Part shown: positions 1 through 9,497 of the stretch, piece after piece | Layout: each line of letters opens with the position of its first letter | How positions within the stretch are numbered: position 1 is the first letter of the stretch | IMG/VR virus record: IMGVR_UViG_3300042511_000202 | Coordinates: 1 to 29,398 of that record | Strand: one strand, 5' to 3' | DNA length: 29,398 bases | DNA from: a virus | Lineage: Duplodnaviria > Caudoviricetes | The notes under the pieces: generated by a model | Told to the model about the DNA's origin: nothing | The model's input: the letters and a program-made list of their open reading frames with translations, nothing else | Database searches by the model: none | Translations under genes and position numbers: made by a program

Positions 1-1004
1 CTCCATACGTCATTCTCTTGTGCCCATTTCAATCCTTCAATAATACTCTTTACACCAGGGTAGAATTTACCTTTATGTTGAAAACCATGATAGGCATCAT
101 CCATATCAGAATCATTTAATGTATAAATCAATGGGTCCATGTAGTTAGTGCTATCACAAACAATAAACTTAGGGAACAAGATTTCATATTCACTATGATC
201 AAATCCTAACACTTCTTTATCAGAAACAAATAAAGCTCTATGGTATAAATATGCTTGAATGTAACTTCTTCTATACAGATAGTATTCTTCATAGAAGTTC
301 TCTACAGACCAAGTGCATTTAAGATCATACACCTGTATTGTTAATTCATTATGATCAATAACAATTTTATCCATCATAGATTTAAACTCATGACCATCTA
401 CAACATATCCTTCTATCTGGAACTGATGAATAACTTGGTAACGAGAACTATCTACAAGATTAACAATCTTAGCAGTAGTAGAGTTTGTTCTAAGCGATTC
501 TACAATCCTCTCAGCATACTCAATGTCTCTAGTTGTAACAACTGTCAACCCTTTACTCTTAACCTCTCTCATCTCCTTATAGAAAGTTTCTGCTTCACTA
601 CCAACAAACTTACCAAGAACAGCCTCAAACTTAATTTTGAATCCTGAATCATTATAAGCATCTTTTGCAATGTCTTCAAACTTTCTGGTGATTTCTCCCA
701 TGTCATCTATAGCTTCTACAGTATTTCTGTATAAAGATTCTACAAATGCCAACATTAATCCTGTTGGTGGAGATGTGCATACAGATAGATAAAACCTACC
801 CTCAAACTCATGTGGTTCTAACAATAGAGTTTCTACCATTCTACCCATGTTTGCTGCTGCATTCTCTTTCTCTTCTACTTTCTCTCTAAGGACATATCTT
901 TTATGATATTTCTTTCTGTCCTGAGAAAAGTCTTTCAATGAACTACTGCTGTCCATAATAACAGCCCTATACATTGCTTCTGTTTTTGCTACTCCTTTTA
1001 TCAT
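1..1004 (-). CDS. PD-(D/E)XK exonuclease, Exo VIII/RecE (DUF3799)-like; 3' end runs off the window
   Basis: Not in the ORF track because it has no stop in the window. Manual translation from ATG at 1004: MIKGVAKTEAMYRAVIMDSSSSLKDF...MGRMVETLLLEP...FKSMMDKIVIDH...VYDLKCT...YIQAYLY, which shows the S-S-L-K, GxxVxxLLLEP, D...DxK and Y-x-Q-x-x-x-Y motifs of this family. Confidence 0.8.
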   Translation of the reverse strand, partial: MIKGVAKTEAMYRAVIMDSSSSLKDFSQDRKKYHKRYVLREKVEEKENAAANMGRMVETLLLEPHEFEGRFYLSVCTSPPTGLMLAFVESLYRNTVEAIDDMGEITRKFEDIAKDAYNDSGFKIKFEAVLGKFVGSEAETFYKEMREVKSKGLTVVTTRDIEYAERIVESLRTNSTTAKIVNLVDSSRYQVIHQFQIEGYVVDGHEFKSMMDKIVIDHNELTIQVYDLKCTWSVENFYEEYYLYRRSYIQAYLYHRALFVSDKEVLGFDHSEYEILFPKFIVCDSTNYMDPLIYTLNDSDMDDAYHGFQHKGKFYPGVKSIIEGLKWAQENDVW

Positions 1005-1008
1005 AATA

Positions 1009-1251
1009 TTATAAATTATCTTGAGCTTTAGATTTAAATGCATCAATGATTTGTGGTATTAGTGCTCTAACTTCTCTAGGAACCCTAGCAAAGAACCAAC
1101 GAACATCTATTTCATATTCATTACCATTCATGTCTACACCTTTAGGATGTATCAACCAGAAGTTGTGTTCTTTACCATCATGTGTTACCTTTCCTTCATG
1201 CCATATCTCATAGAATGAAGGGTCTTTATTAATTTCAATTTGATTTGCCAT
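1009..1251 (-). CDS. hypothetical protein (80 aa)
   Basis: ORF packed tightly between neighbours, A-rich start context; no motif recognised. Confidence 0.7.
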   Translation of the reverse strand: MANQIEINKDPSFYEIWHEGKVTHDGKEHNFWLIHPKGVDMNGNEYEIDVRWFFARVPREVRALIPQIIDAFKSKAQDNL

Positions 1252-1253
1252 AA

Positions 1254-1646
1254 TTATTTTCTTTCGTTTTGTGTTTTAATATTGTGACATGCTTCGCAAA
1301 GCACTTGTAAATTATCTGTTTCACAGAATAATCTTTCGACAAAAGCTGGTAAATCAGCTGCACAGTTTAACGAACCTGCTGGATGTATATGGTCAACATT
1401 AATTAACTTCTCCATGAACCAATTCTTACATTCGTTACATTGATATTCAAACTTCTGTCTTTTATTTGTTCCCTTATATGGCCTTTTAGCTTCTAATTTA
1501 CATTGTGTAATTGGTTTCCACCATCTACTCTTTTGTCTAAGACCACTTCTAATAAATGACCAAAAAGCACTTTCACTCATTGTACCAGCATTTCTATTTT
1601 TAACAACTCTAGATTTCTTTACTACTGGTTTCTTTTTTACTACCAT
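1254..1646 (-). CDS. HNH endonuclease with zinc-binding Cys pairs
   Basis: YQCNEC...VDHIHP...NLQVLCEACHNIKT. Start moved to ATG 1646 (MVVKKKP) because the track's TTG at 1670 lies inside the promoter/hairpin. Confidence 0.85.
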   Translation of the reverse strand: MVVKKKPVVKKSRVVKNRNAGTMSESAFWSFIRSGLRQKSRWWKPITQCKLEAKRPYKGTNKRQKFEYQCNECKNWFMEKLINVDHIHPAGSLNCAADLPAFVERLFCETDNLQVLCEACHNIKTQNERK

Positions 1647-1660
1647 AATTATATAATTAA

Positions 1661-1698
1661 TTCGTCCCAAAGATAATAAATCTCTGGGACGAAATAAA
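1661..1698 (-). promoter_or_regulatory. 14-bp hairpin overlapping a Bacteroidota-type promoter (TATCTTTG)
   Basis: Minus strand TTCGTCCCAGAGAT-TTATT-ATCTTTGGGACGAA (one G.U pair). -7 box TATCTTTG at 1668-1675; TTTA 19 nt upstream. Confidence 0.55.
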
Positions 1699-3291
1699 CT
1701 AATCTATAATTGTGATACGGTCAGACAGCTCATTCTTCATATCTTGCAATGAACGAGTGATTGTTTCTATTTCAACACTTGATATTGCAGGCAGATTAAA
1801 CTGATACTTAGAACTCTCTATAGAAAATCCAAGAGTTGCATTAGTTTCAAGATCTGCTAATTCACGAATAGCGTAAGCATCGTCAATCTCTAATGTATCA
1901 AAATCTCCATCATGTAATAACTGTGTAACCTCATCACGATTAACAGTCATGATAGGAAGATATTCATAACATCTACCTTTCTTCTCACCAATACCAACCA
2001 CTTTCATAGGATTGATAATAACAAGCATAGCTTGATCACCACATCCTACATAGTTAATCTCATCAGCAGTGAAGTGTAAACCAGCAGCAGCACAATCTTG
2101 TGTAGACCAGTTACATTCATCTTGTGGCATATTAACAAGTTTACCAACACGAATATCAAATGTCTTGGTCCAATCATCTGTATATCTATTCTCAGCCATA
2201 TTTGGAAGATCAAGATATAATGCTGTTAATGTACCAAGGTCTTTACCATGATTTACACGGATGGTTCGTATATATTGACGTTTTTCCACTTTTCCTGTTC
2301 CATCACATTCAATACAATGTTCTGATTCATCACCATAATCTTCTTCATATTCATCATAATCGTTCCAAATCTCACCTTCACCTTCACAATGATAACATTC
2401 TGTAGTTGTATGAACTTCAGTTCTGGTTAAATGATCTGTATGTACAAGTTTGTATTCACCATTTTCTAAGAACACATGATAGTTGTCTGGAGATTTCTTC
2501 CATACAGCTTTCACCTTAGTGTAACTATTACTTACAAAGTCTACAAGTTCAGCACCACCATGATTTACTGTAACAACATTACGAAGAGCAACAAAGAATC
2601 CTTGTTTAGTAATTCTAAAGCTATTCTCTGTTAAGAAACGATATAACTCATGAGCTACTTCAGCTCTTGGATTCAAGCAGCACCACATAAAGAATCTCTT
2701 CAATGCTACATACTCTTCATCTACATTAAGTCTATCAACTAATGGTTCTTTAGAAAATCCTCCATAATATTCATTTCTATCAATGATATCTAAGAATTTC
2801 TCAACTAATAATTCTGGTAGAGTTCTGTTGATACCAGCAAGATATACAGAATCATCTCTCACTTCAAAATCACTAATAGTAGCAAGTTTATCAATTCCTT
2901 CTATAAGAAATGCAAGCTTATTTTTTTCTTCATCCTTTCTAGCTTTTTCTTTTACTACTTCAGGAGTACTAATAACACTGAATATTTCAGATTCATTAAT
3001 GGCACCTCTTACTTTTTGAAAGTCTGTCACTGTAGCATTTGGCTTGCTAAGAATTGATCCATCAGTTAGTATAACAGTTAATACATCATTAACTAATTTT
3101 ACATTTAGATATGGTTTAGGAATAATTTTAATTCCCATTTCCATTTCTTCTGGTAACTCACCTGCTTTCTCAAGCTTTATAGCCATGTCTTGCAACAAGT
3201 TTAGGTTTATAAGTTTTTGTTCCTGAACTTTTAACTCTTCTAATTCTTTTTCTTTTGCTGATTTAAACCAGTTTAAACTAAATTGTCCCAT
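1699..3291 (-). CDS. rIIB: RIIB-like protein with an inserted DnaJ-type zinc finger
   Basis: ELYRFL...ITKQGFFVALRNV, YTDDWTKTF...VGKLVNMP...CAAAGLHF, VIINPMKVV...KGRCYEY match the rIIB pattern; lies directly downstream of an rIIA-like gene. Confidence 0.8.
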   Translation of the reverse strand: MGQFSLNWFKSAKEKELEELKVQEQKLINLNLLQDMAIKLEKAGELPEEMEMGIKIIPKPYLNVKLVNDVLTVILTDGSILSKPNATVTDFQKVRGAINESEIFSVISTPEVVKEKARKDEEKNKLAFLIEGIDKLATISDFEVRDDSVYLAGINRTLPELLVEKFLDIIDRNEYYGGFSKEPLVDRLNVDEEYVALKRFFMWCCLNPRAEVAHELYRFLTENSFRITKQGFFVALRNVVTVNHGGAELVDFVSNSYTKVKAVWKKSPDNYHVFLENGEYKLVHTDHLTRTEVHTTTECYHCEGEGEIWNDYDEYEEDYGDESEHCIECDGTGKVEKRQYIRTIRVNHGKDLGTLTALYLDLPNMAENRYTDDWTKTFDIRVGKLVNMPQDECNWSTQDCAAAGLHFTADEINYVGCGDQAMLVIINPMKVVGIGEKKGRCYEYLPIMTVNRDEVTQLLHDGDFDTLEIDDAYAIRELADLETNATLGFSIESSKYQFNLPAISSVEIETITRSLQDMKNELSDRITIID

Positions 3292-3324
3292 GTTTTCTTT
3301 TGTTTTTTATTTTGTTGATTAATT

Positions 3325-3354
3325 TAATAAAGGAGGAGCCACCTAGCCCCTCCT
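3325..3354 (-). terminator. probable intrinsic terminator between rIIA and rIIB
   Basis: Minus strand AGGAGGGGC-TAGGTG-GCTCCTCCT followed by TTATT. Confidence 0.55.
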
Positions 3355-3362
3355 GATTGTTT

Positions 3363-5690
3363 TTAGTCTTGAGTTAATAACTCTTCAACTGTGTCTTCTG
3401 TTAATTCATTCTCTAATGGAAGATCTTCATTAAGAGATAGTTTGTAATTAGATAGGTTAACTCTCTGCTCGTAATACTTACAAAGATCAACAATAACACT
3501 TATCATTTTTGTATCTCCACTATAAGCATAATTATTAATCTTGTTAAATAATGTTTGTAAGAATGGTAATCTATCTAATATAGTTTTCACTTCTAAGTAG
3601 ATAGTATACATTTCAACATCATATAAGTTATTAGCTTCTGCTATTTCAAGCATTGCTTCGTATAAAGCATGTGAGGCATCTTGATGATGTGTTCTTCTAT
3701 ATACATCTAATTTTTCAATTTTATTATATAAATCAGATGACACCTTATCCATCATAATACGTTTCTCAAATACATCTCTATTAAGAGTTTTTAACTCATG
3801 TATTAACCTTGATGTTACCACTTGTTTAAATAACTTATTATCACCTTTCATAAACTTTTCTAATGACATCCAATTATGGACATTTACTTTCTTTAAATTA
3901 ACTAACTCTCTATCTGAAAACTGTACAAACCTAATTCTTTTTGAATCAGTTGCACCAAAAAGTTTATCCATTTGATCAACATCATTTACTCCACCATAAA
4001 CACATAGCCCTGGAGTTTTATGAATATTTTCTAAAGAATAAGTTGTTGGTTCCCATTTACAATTCCTACCATTCATATATCTTAGTAGTTGAGTGGCTTG
4101 CTTACCAATGATTTCTCCTTTAAGTTTAGGAGCTCTACCAACATAAGTTGAACCATTAGAGCTAACTCTTAATTTTTTTCTACTATCAATAAATGATTGA
4201 GGAATAGTAATTGTGTCAACATTAATAAATCTATCAGTTATAGAGTTAATTACAGACTGAAATTCTGTAATTCTTTGTCTCCATTCATTTTTAGGATAGT
4301 GAGAAAGTTCTAATTGACTAGTGTATGTATCATAACTAAATAGAGTAGTTGTCCAAGGAGAACCTAATCTCATAGATCTATCTTTCTTAATAAGAAGAGT
4401 TGGTACAGTAGAATTACTAATAAATTTAATATAATCTTTCATAAGACCAGTAAGTTTTTCAGTATAGATATAACATTTTGAGCTTCTTAAATTCTTAATC
4501 TGAAACTCATAGCAATATCTATCTTTCATCGTATTAGTTTTCCCTTTATGAAATTTAACATTCACCTTATAGTCTCTTAACCAATTTTCTCTATTCTCAC
4601 AAATCTTCTTAAAGTTTAATAACTTAACATCTTTGAATGTAGGTGTAGTTGGTTGGATGCTACTATGATCAATTAATGTTTTAATTGAATGAATAACTCC
4701 ATCATTAGTTATATCTACATTTCTAGTTGAATTGTTGTAAAATTCTATAACATCATAAATATCATCAGTTTGTGAGTTTATGTTATTGTATTTATTTACA
4801 AATAAATCAGCTACAGTTTTAATTTTTGATAAGATGATGTCAATAGCTTCTTTAGTATATCTAATTGATTCTCTGTTAGGAGTTGGAAACAATCCATCAC
4901 TTAAAGAAAATCTAAGAGCTACAGGAAATCTAATTGCTGCTATTTTCAACTTATCAAAATCAATAGGATAATAAACATTATCCAAAGAGATGTGCATGTA
5001 TTGAGTAGTAACAAGATCAGAAAATTGATAGTCAGTATTTCTATAGATTTTAAAATTATTAGTAATAATATCAGTTGATACATCAAAGTAAACACTTTCA
5101 AAATATGCAAGTTGTTCCTGAATCTTCTCAATGAATATATTACGATCACTAAAATTTACTGGTATGATAATTTTTACACCATTATCCTCTGTTGTTGGTG
5201 TTTCATAAAGAAGATCGATAGTATTAGTATCTTCTCCTTCATACATCATATACTTACGTTCAACACCATCTTTTCTACATGTAAAATAGAAACTAGAGCT
5301 ATATGCTAATGGAGCCTTAAAACCTAAGCCCATCATACCTAACTCTGTATTGCTATTACGCTTTGTAGATTTACCATACTTACTAATAATGTTACGCACA
5401 TCATCAGCATCTAAACCAATACCAAAATCTTCTACACAAAACTCATAGTTGTATGTACTGTTTTCTTTAAATGATACAATGATGGGTTTGTCAACACCAG
5501 CTCTTCTGTGACTATCTAGTGCATTAGATGCGCACTCTCTGATAGTAGAGCCTATTGAATCTGAATATAGATTCTTACTTAACATCTGCATCAAAATCTG
5601 TGCAGAATCTAAGTCTAATGACATGCCAATTGAATCTTGGCTAACTCCTTCTTGTAATACTGTCGCTTCTGTTTGTTTTTCTAAAATCAT
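3363..5690 (-). CDS. rIIA: RIIA-like protein with N-terminal GHKL (Hsp90-like) ATPase domain
   Basis: LYSD...IRECASNALDSH, EDFGIGL, YGKSTKRNSN...GMMGLGFKAP and NGVKI are the GHKL N/G1/G2 boxes in rIIA form; PNRESIRY motif; paired with rIIB. Confidence 0.85.
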   Translation of the reverse strand: MILEKQTEATVLQEGVSQDSIGMSLDLDSAQILMQMLSKNLYSDSIGSTIRECASNALDSHRRAGVDKPIIVSFKENSTYNYEFCVEDFGIGLDADDVRNIISKYGKSTKRNSNTELGMMGLGFKAPLAYSSSFYFTCRKDGVERKYMMYEGEDTNTIDLLYETPTTEDNGVKIIIPVNFSDRNIFIEKIQEQLAYFESVYFDVSTDIITNNFKIYRNTDYQFSDLVTTQYMHISLDNVYYPIDFDKLKIAAIRFPVALRFSLSDGLFPTPNRESIRYTKEAIDIILSKIKTVADLFVNKYNNINSQTDDIYDVIEFYNNSTRNVDITNDGVIHSIKTLIDHSSIQPTTPTFKDVKLLNFKKICENRENWLRDYKVNVKFHKGKTNTMKDRYCYEFQIKNLRSSKCYIYTEKLTGLMKDYIKFISNSTVPTLLIKKDRSMRLGSPWTTTLFSYDTYTSQLELSHYPKNEWRQRITEFQSVINSITDRFINVDTITIPQSFIDSRKKLRVSSNGSTYVGRAPKLKGEIIGKQATQLLRYMNGRNCKWEPTTYSLENIHKTPGLCVYGGVNDVDQMDKLFGATDSKRIRFVQFSDRELVNLKKVNVHNWMSLEKFMKGDNKLFKQVVTSRLIHELKTLNRDVFEKRIMMDKVSSDLYNKIEKLDVYRRTHHQDASHALYEAMLEIAEANNLYDVEMYTIYLEVKTILDRLPFLQTLFNKINNYAYSGDTKMISVIVDLCKYYEQRVNLSNYKLSLNEDLPLENELTEDTVEELLTQD

Positions 5691-5701
5691 AATTTCTAAG
5701 T

Positions 5702-6013
5702 TTAATTTTTCTTTGCTAATAATACTTGTCTGTAATCTAAATCTATGTATTGTGTGAAGTTGTGATCATCTGGACCAAATCCCCATTCCTTACGATCATA
5801 ACTATGTGTATGACCATTATGTACATAAGTTTGAGTTTTATTAATTCTAATTGTTGAACACTTTACAGATTTATATAAGGGTCTACCTGTATGATAATGT
5901 TTTTTACCACTTAATCTTGGCTTTACCAACACTCTTAAGTATTTAAAATACGATTGGCAAGAGATGACAATTTCATCTCCTGCTTCTAAATCTTCTATTT
6001 TTACTAATTCCAT
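5702..6013 (-). CDS. hypothetical protein (103 aa)
   Basis: ORF in operon context; N-terminal IEDLEAGDEI resembles an SH3/KOW-like start. Confidence 0.7.
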   Translation of the reverse strand: MELVKIEDLEAGDEIVISCQSYFKYLRVLVKPRLSGKKHYHTGRPLYKSVKCSTIRINKTQTYVHNGHTHSYDRKEWGFGPDDHNFTQYIDLDYRQVLLAKKN

Positions 6014-6023
6014 AATTTAATTT

Positions 6024-6740
6024 TTAAAAAGGACATGTGTCCAACCAATCAATTTCATAATCATTGTTTTGTTTAAGAATATTGCTCACTGCCTTGAATG
6101 CTCCTTCAGAATCCCAATCTCCATTTCTATAAGAAGCTGATGCTGGATGACTAATAGGAAAATGCCAAGTGAATGGTGCTGCATATCTTTCAAACTTAGC
6201 TGCTTCTTTACCTAGATAAATAACTGGCACACCTAGTGTACTAATTATTTCTTTGAAGACATAAGATGTGAAAGGTTCCCAAATTTCCAAATGGCTTCCT
6301 GCTTTATTCATTTCTGTTGTAAGGGCTGCATTCATCATGAGAACACCTTGTGCTGTCAAATGTCTAACATCTGCAGGCTTGGCTGCTCCTAAACATACAC
6401 CATTATAAAGCTCACGTTCTATAGCGTCATAGAATTGATCTAATGTAGGCTGTTTATGTTTTGTTATAGAACAACCCATTAGTAACCCATCAGCTATTGG
6501 TTCATAATTTTTAAATGTATGATAGGGACACATACCCAATATTACTAACTTAACATCAGTGAGAGGAGTTTCAAAGAAACATCTGTAAACATGTTGAGAA
6601 AGAGGAGCAATTTTCTTGCCCCTCTGACTTTCTGATTTTAAATATTTATAGATGTCATTGCACTCATTACTCTCAATAAATGGCTTAATTTTAGCATGCC
6701 AGCTCTCGTGAAAGTGTTCTTTAAATTTTTCGAAATCCAT
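6024..6740 (-). CDS. ung: family-1 uracil-DNA glycosylase, variant catalytic motif
   Basis: VKLVILGMCPY (canonical GQDPY), QGVLMMNAALT, GSH..IWEPFT, SHPAS (canonical HPS). Start placed at ATG 6740 (MDFEKF). Confidence 0.85.
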   Translation of the reverse strand: MDFEKFKEHFHESWHAKIKPFIESNECNDIYKYLKSESQRGKKIAPLSQHVYRCFFETPLTDVKLVILGMCPYHTFKNYEPIADGLLMGCSITKHKQPTLDQFYDAIERELYNGVCLGAAKPADVRHLTAQGVLMMNAALTTEMNKAGSHLEIWEPFTSYVFKEIISTLGVPVIYLGKEAAKFERYAAPFTWHFPISHPASASYRNGDWDSEGAFKAVSNILKQNNDYEIDWLDTCPF

Positions 6741-6745
6741 AATTT

Positions 6746-6961
6746 TTAATTTATACAAATTGCATTATAATCTCCATCAAACCATGGATCTAAGTTCCTA
6801 TCCTGACTAAGATCATCTATTCTCATTAATGATGGTGGCATTCCAACTTTCTGGAATTCATTACCTTCATCATCATGTGAATATATCACTTCGAACTCAG
6901 CAATCTTAGGATTATCTTTAATCATAGTTATAAGGTTGTCTAAATACTCTTGTAGTTTCAT
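6746..6961 (-). CDS. hypothetical protein (71 aa)
   Basis: ORF with YSHDDEGNEF motif; start overlaps the stop of the upstream small ORF. Confidence 0.7.
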   Translation of the reverse strand: MKLQEYLDNLITMIKDNPKIAEFEVIYSHDDEGNEFQKVGMPPSLMRIDDLSQDRNLDPWFDGDYNAICIN

Positions 6962-7131
6962 ACTTCTTCTATTAGTTGTCTAATTGATTCTTTACATAAT
7001 TGTATTTCATGAGCAGGAGAACCACCTTCTTCTATCTCATCTTGACATAGCGATACAAAGTCCCATATCTCATCAAACTTATCTGGGTGTTGATTTTTTA
7101 ATCCTCTTGCCCATTGTACTAATTCGTTCAT
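6958..7131 (-). CDS. hypothetical protein (57 aa)
   Basis: Manual translation MNELVQWARGLKNQHPDKFDEIWDFVSLCQDEIEEGGSPAHEIQLCKESIRQLIEEV; ATGA overlaps at both ends. Confidence 0.7.
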   Translation of the reverse strand: MNELVQWARGLKNQHPDKFDEIWDFVSLCQDEIEEGGSPAHEIQLCKESIRQLIEEV

Positions 7132-7919
7132 ACTAATTCAAATAAGTCTAATTGTTTTCTATTACCTGGACTATTAAATTCAAACTGTGCTTGTGGTTGT
7201 ACAAGAATGCCTGCTTCATTAACAAAGAAACTATGTGCTTTAATGTGATCGTCCATCCAAAATCTAGGATTAACTTCTTTCATAGAATAGGTTGTGTATT
7301 GATACAGTTCCCATAATGAATCTTTAGCACCATAATCGTGTGTTGGTAATGTAAGCTCTTTCTTAATAGTAGTTAATTGATTTGTATTAATCAACTCATC
7401 TTCAATTAACATCTTACCAATAAGTTCTGCTTTTCTAGTATTAGTAATTTGAATATCTTTCATTGCATCACGTTCCCTTTGCATTCTTTCAAAAGCATCA
7501 CCTGCTGATTTAATATAATCAGTGATTGCAGCTGGTGTAAATGTTTGCACTTGACCAACATGCTTCTTCTTGAAGGCACCATAATCACCACTAACACAAC
7601 CATTCTGACAAATAAATATACGAGCTCCAATAGCAAACTTTAATGTAAGCGTTTTATTGTAGCTATTCTGCCAACCAATTTGTAATTGCATATCTCTATC
7701 ATTTACATTACTAATCGTGAATCTACCATTTGCAATTTGACCATTAGATGAAGAAGTGTAAACCTCTTTGTCTAATTCAAATCCTGCACCATGTATGGAA
7801 TTCAACGTTAGGTCCATTAGTTGTTCATGACTTACTGGTTTGTAAGTCTTAGTTTGTTGTGGTACAGTTGCACTAATTAATGTTTGCTTTGCTGTAACAT
7901 AAGTTTTCTTGTTATCCAT
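7128..7919 (-). CDS. DUF932-like protein
   Basis: YKPVSH...WQNSYNKT...FAIGARIFICQNG...KKKH...SLWELYQ..T pattern typical of DUF932/DUF945-like phage proteins. Confidence 0.7.
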   Translation of the reverse strand: MDNKKTYVTAKQTLISATVPQQTKTYKPVSHEQLMDLTLNSIHGAGFELDKEVYTSSSNGQIANGRFTISNVNDRDMQLQIGWQNSYNKTLTLKFAIGARIFICQNGCVSGDYGAFKKKHVGQVQTFTPAAITDYIKSAGDAFERMQRERDAMKDIQITNTRKAELIGKMLIEDELINTNQLTTIKKELTLPTHDYGAKDSLWELYQYTTYSMKEVNPRFWMDDHIKAHSFFVNEAGILVQPQAQFEFNSPGNRKQLDLFELV

Positions 7920-8070
7920 GTTCTTGTGAAATTAATATACGTTTATTAAAAAATGTTGTTAATAAGCTTTCTAAATTTTCTATCCCTATACATTCCACTT
8001 CATCTTCTTCAGTGGTAGATAGCCATTCAGTGTTATTCTGAATCTCTTTGATTAATTCTTCTACACTCAT
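7912..8070 (-). CDS. hypothetical protein (52 aa)
   Basis: Manual translation MSVEELIKEIQNNTEWLSTTEEDEVECIGIENLESLLTTFFNKRILISQEHG; fills the gap exactly. Confidence 0.65.
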   Translation of the reverse strand: MSVEELIKEIQNNTEWLSTTEEDEVECIGIENLESLLTTFFNKRILISQEHG

Positions 8071-8072
8071 GA

Positions 8073-8225
8073 TTATAATTGTTGTTTTAAGACACTAACT
8101 TCATCAGTTAAATCATCAATTTCATTTTCTAGATCTTTTATTACATCTAGTAATTGATCTATCACTGAGTCTACTTCTGATCTAAGAGAATCAATACTTC
8201 TTTCTAAATTTCTTGATATGCTCAT
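8073..8225 (-). CDS. small acidic coiled-coil protein (50 aa)
   Basis: MSISRNLERSIDSLRSEVDSVIDQLLDVIKDLENEIDDLTDEVSVLKQQL, heptad pattern; ATGA overlap with upstream ORF. Confidence 0.65.
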   Translation of the reverse strand: MSISRNLERSIDSLRSEVDSVIDQLLDVIKDLENEIDDLTDEVSVLKQQL

Positions 8226-8431
8226 ATCTCTGTTGTTTTAATTAATTGAATTGTGTTTAATTCTCCATAGTATTCATCAGCGTGGTCCCATTCTACAGCT
8301 TCATCAATCTCTGTATTGGACATTCTTCCTAGTTTCTCAATTGCTTCTTTTCTTGTGTTAGCTTTGATTTCTAAGGTTCCTATATATGTTCCTCTCAACT
8401 CTTGTGAAAGTTCTAATGCAAATATTTTCAT
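8222..8431 (-). CDS. hypothetical protein (69 aa)
   Basis: ORF coupled to the primase stop (ATGA); contains EIKANTRKEAIEK. Confidence 0.7.
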   Translation of the reverse strand: MKIFALELSQELRGTYIGTLEIKANTRKEAIEKLGRMSNTEIDEAVEWDHADEYYGELNTIQLIKTTEI

Positions 8432-9438
8432 ATAAATTTTTCTTGTTTTAAATACTTTTCTATTACTTCCATTCCATGTGCACGAGCTAAATCAGCCCAA
8501 TCCTTAATACCTTCCTTTAGATAAATCTTAGGAACATTACAATAACCAAAGTCAAACAGTTTAGTTATCTGTTGACTATTCTTAACACCAGTTACATCAG
8601 AGTCAAAAGATAATATTTGCTCTCTTGAATTAGCTTTAAGAAAGTTTACATTCTCTTGAGAGAAACATGCTATACCTTCATTCTGAACAGCACAACTACA
8701 TGGAAACACTTTCTTCATCACCATATAATCTTTCTTACTCTTATTGATGAATAGTCTATCACAGTTGATAACATCCTTCATACCATCCATAGCTGTAATA
8801 GGAACATTGTTAGGCATCCATTTAGCTTTCTTATTAGTGGCATGTGGTCTATATATCTTCCACTTATCACCATATAGATAACCAAACCTAAGATCAGTTT
8901 CCTTTAGTAAAAATTTCTCTTTGTTCATAAATACACTCTTGATAGAATATATGTTATTGGCTTTAAGATCATCTTCACTCTGGTGATATTGGTTCCAATA
9001 TTCTAACTCTTCATTGGTGAAGTTTCTAGTTACACATTGAATAATAGAATATCTTTTGGGAATGTCAATAGGCTGTTCATATTCAGTTACTATTTGTTTA
9101 TAATCTATTGTTGGTTTTGTATCAACTATTCCCAATCCAAAATCACGATCAATCATTACAAGAACATCAGATAATGTTTTTAGATTATATAGCATCTGTA
9201 CAAAAGCAAAACAGCTTCCTCTTTTACTAGTGTCACCAAAATCTATAAATGTTAGTTCACCAAATCTGTTACCAATGATTAATGATTCTGTCCTTTCAGT
9301 TCTGAATGGAGAATATGTAGCTTTATTAAGTTTCCATGACTTATCAGGCATATAATACCTAAATATATCATAGGGACTAATCATGTTAAGAACGTCATCT
9401 ATTGATATTGTTAATTTTTTCTTACCTTGTATAGCCAT
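8428..9438 (-). CDS. DNA primase, crAss-like TOPRIM type
   Basis: N-terminal SPFR.E...FIDFG...GSCFAFV (degenerate zinc-binding domain), KIYRP, INKSKKDYM, SFDSDVTG (DxD), KDWAD. Confidence 0.8.
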   Translation of the reverse strand: MAIQGKKKLTISIDDVLNMISPYDIFRYYMPDKSWKLNKATYSPFRTERTESLIIGNRFGELTFIDFGDTSKRGSCFAFVQMLYNLKTLSDVLVMIDRDFGLGIVDTKPTIDYKQIVTEYEQPIDIPKRYSIIQCVTRNFTNEELEYWNQYHQSEDDLKANNIYSIKSVFMNKEKFLLKETDLRFGYLYGDKWKIYRPHATNKKAKWMPNNVPITAMDGMKDVINCDRLFINKSKKDYMVMKKVFPCSCAVQNEGIACFSQENVNFLKANSREQILSFDSDVTGVKNSQQITKLFDFGYCNVPKIYLKEGIKDWADLARAHGMEVIEKYLKQEKFI

Positions 9439-9450
9439 AATTTTAATGAA

Positions 9451-9481
9451 TAAAAAAGCCCCTAACCTTTCAGCAGGGGCT
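9451..9481 (-). terminator. intrinsic terminator
   Basis: Minus strand AGCCCCT-GCTGAAAGGTT-AGGGGCT-TTTTTA. Confidence 0.75.
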
Positions 9482-9497
9482 CTTTAGTATTTAATTA

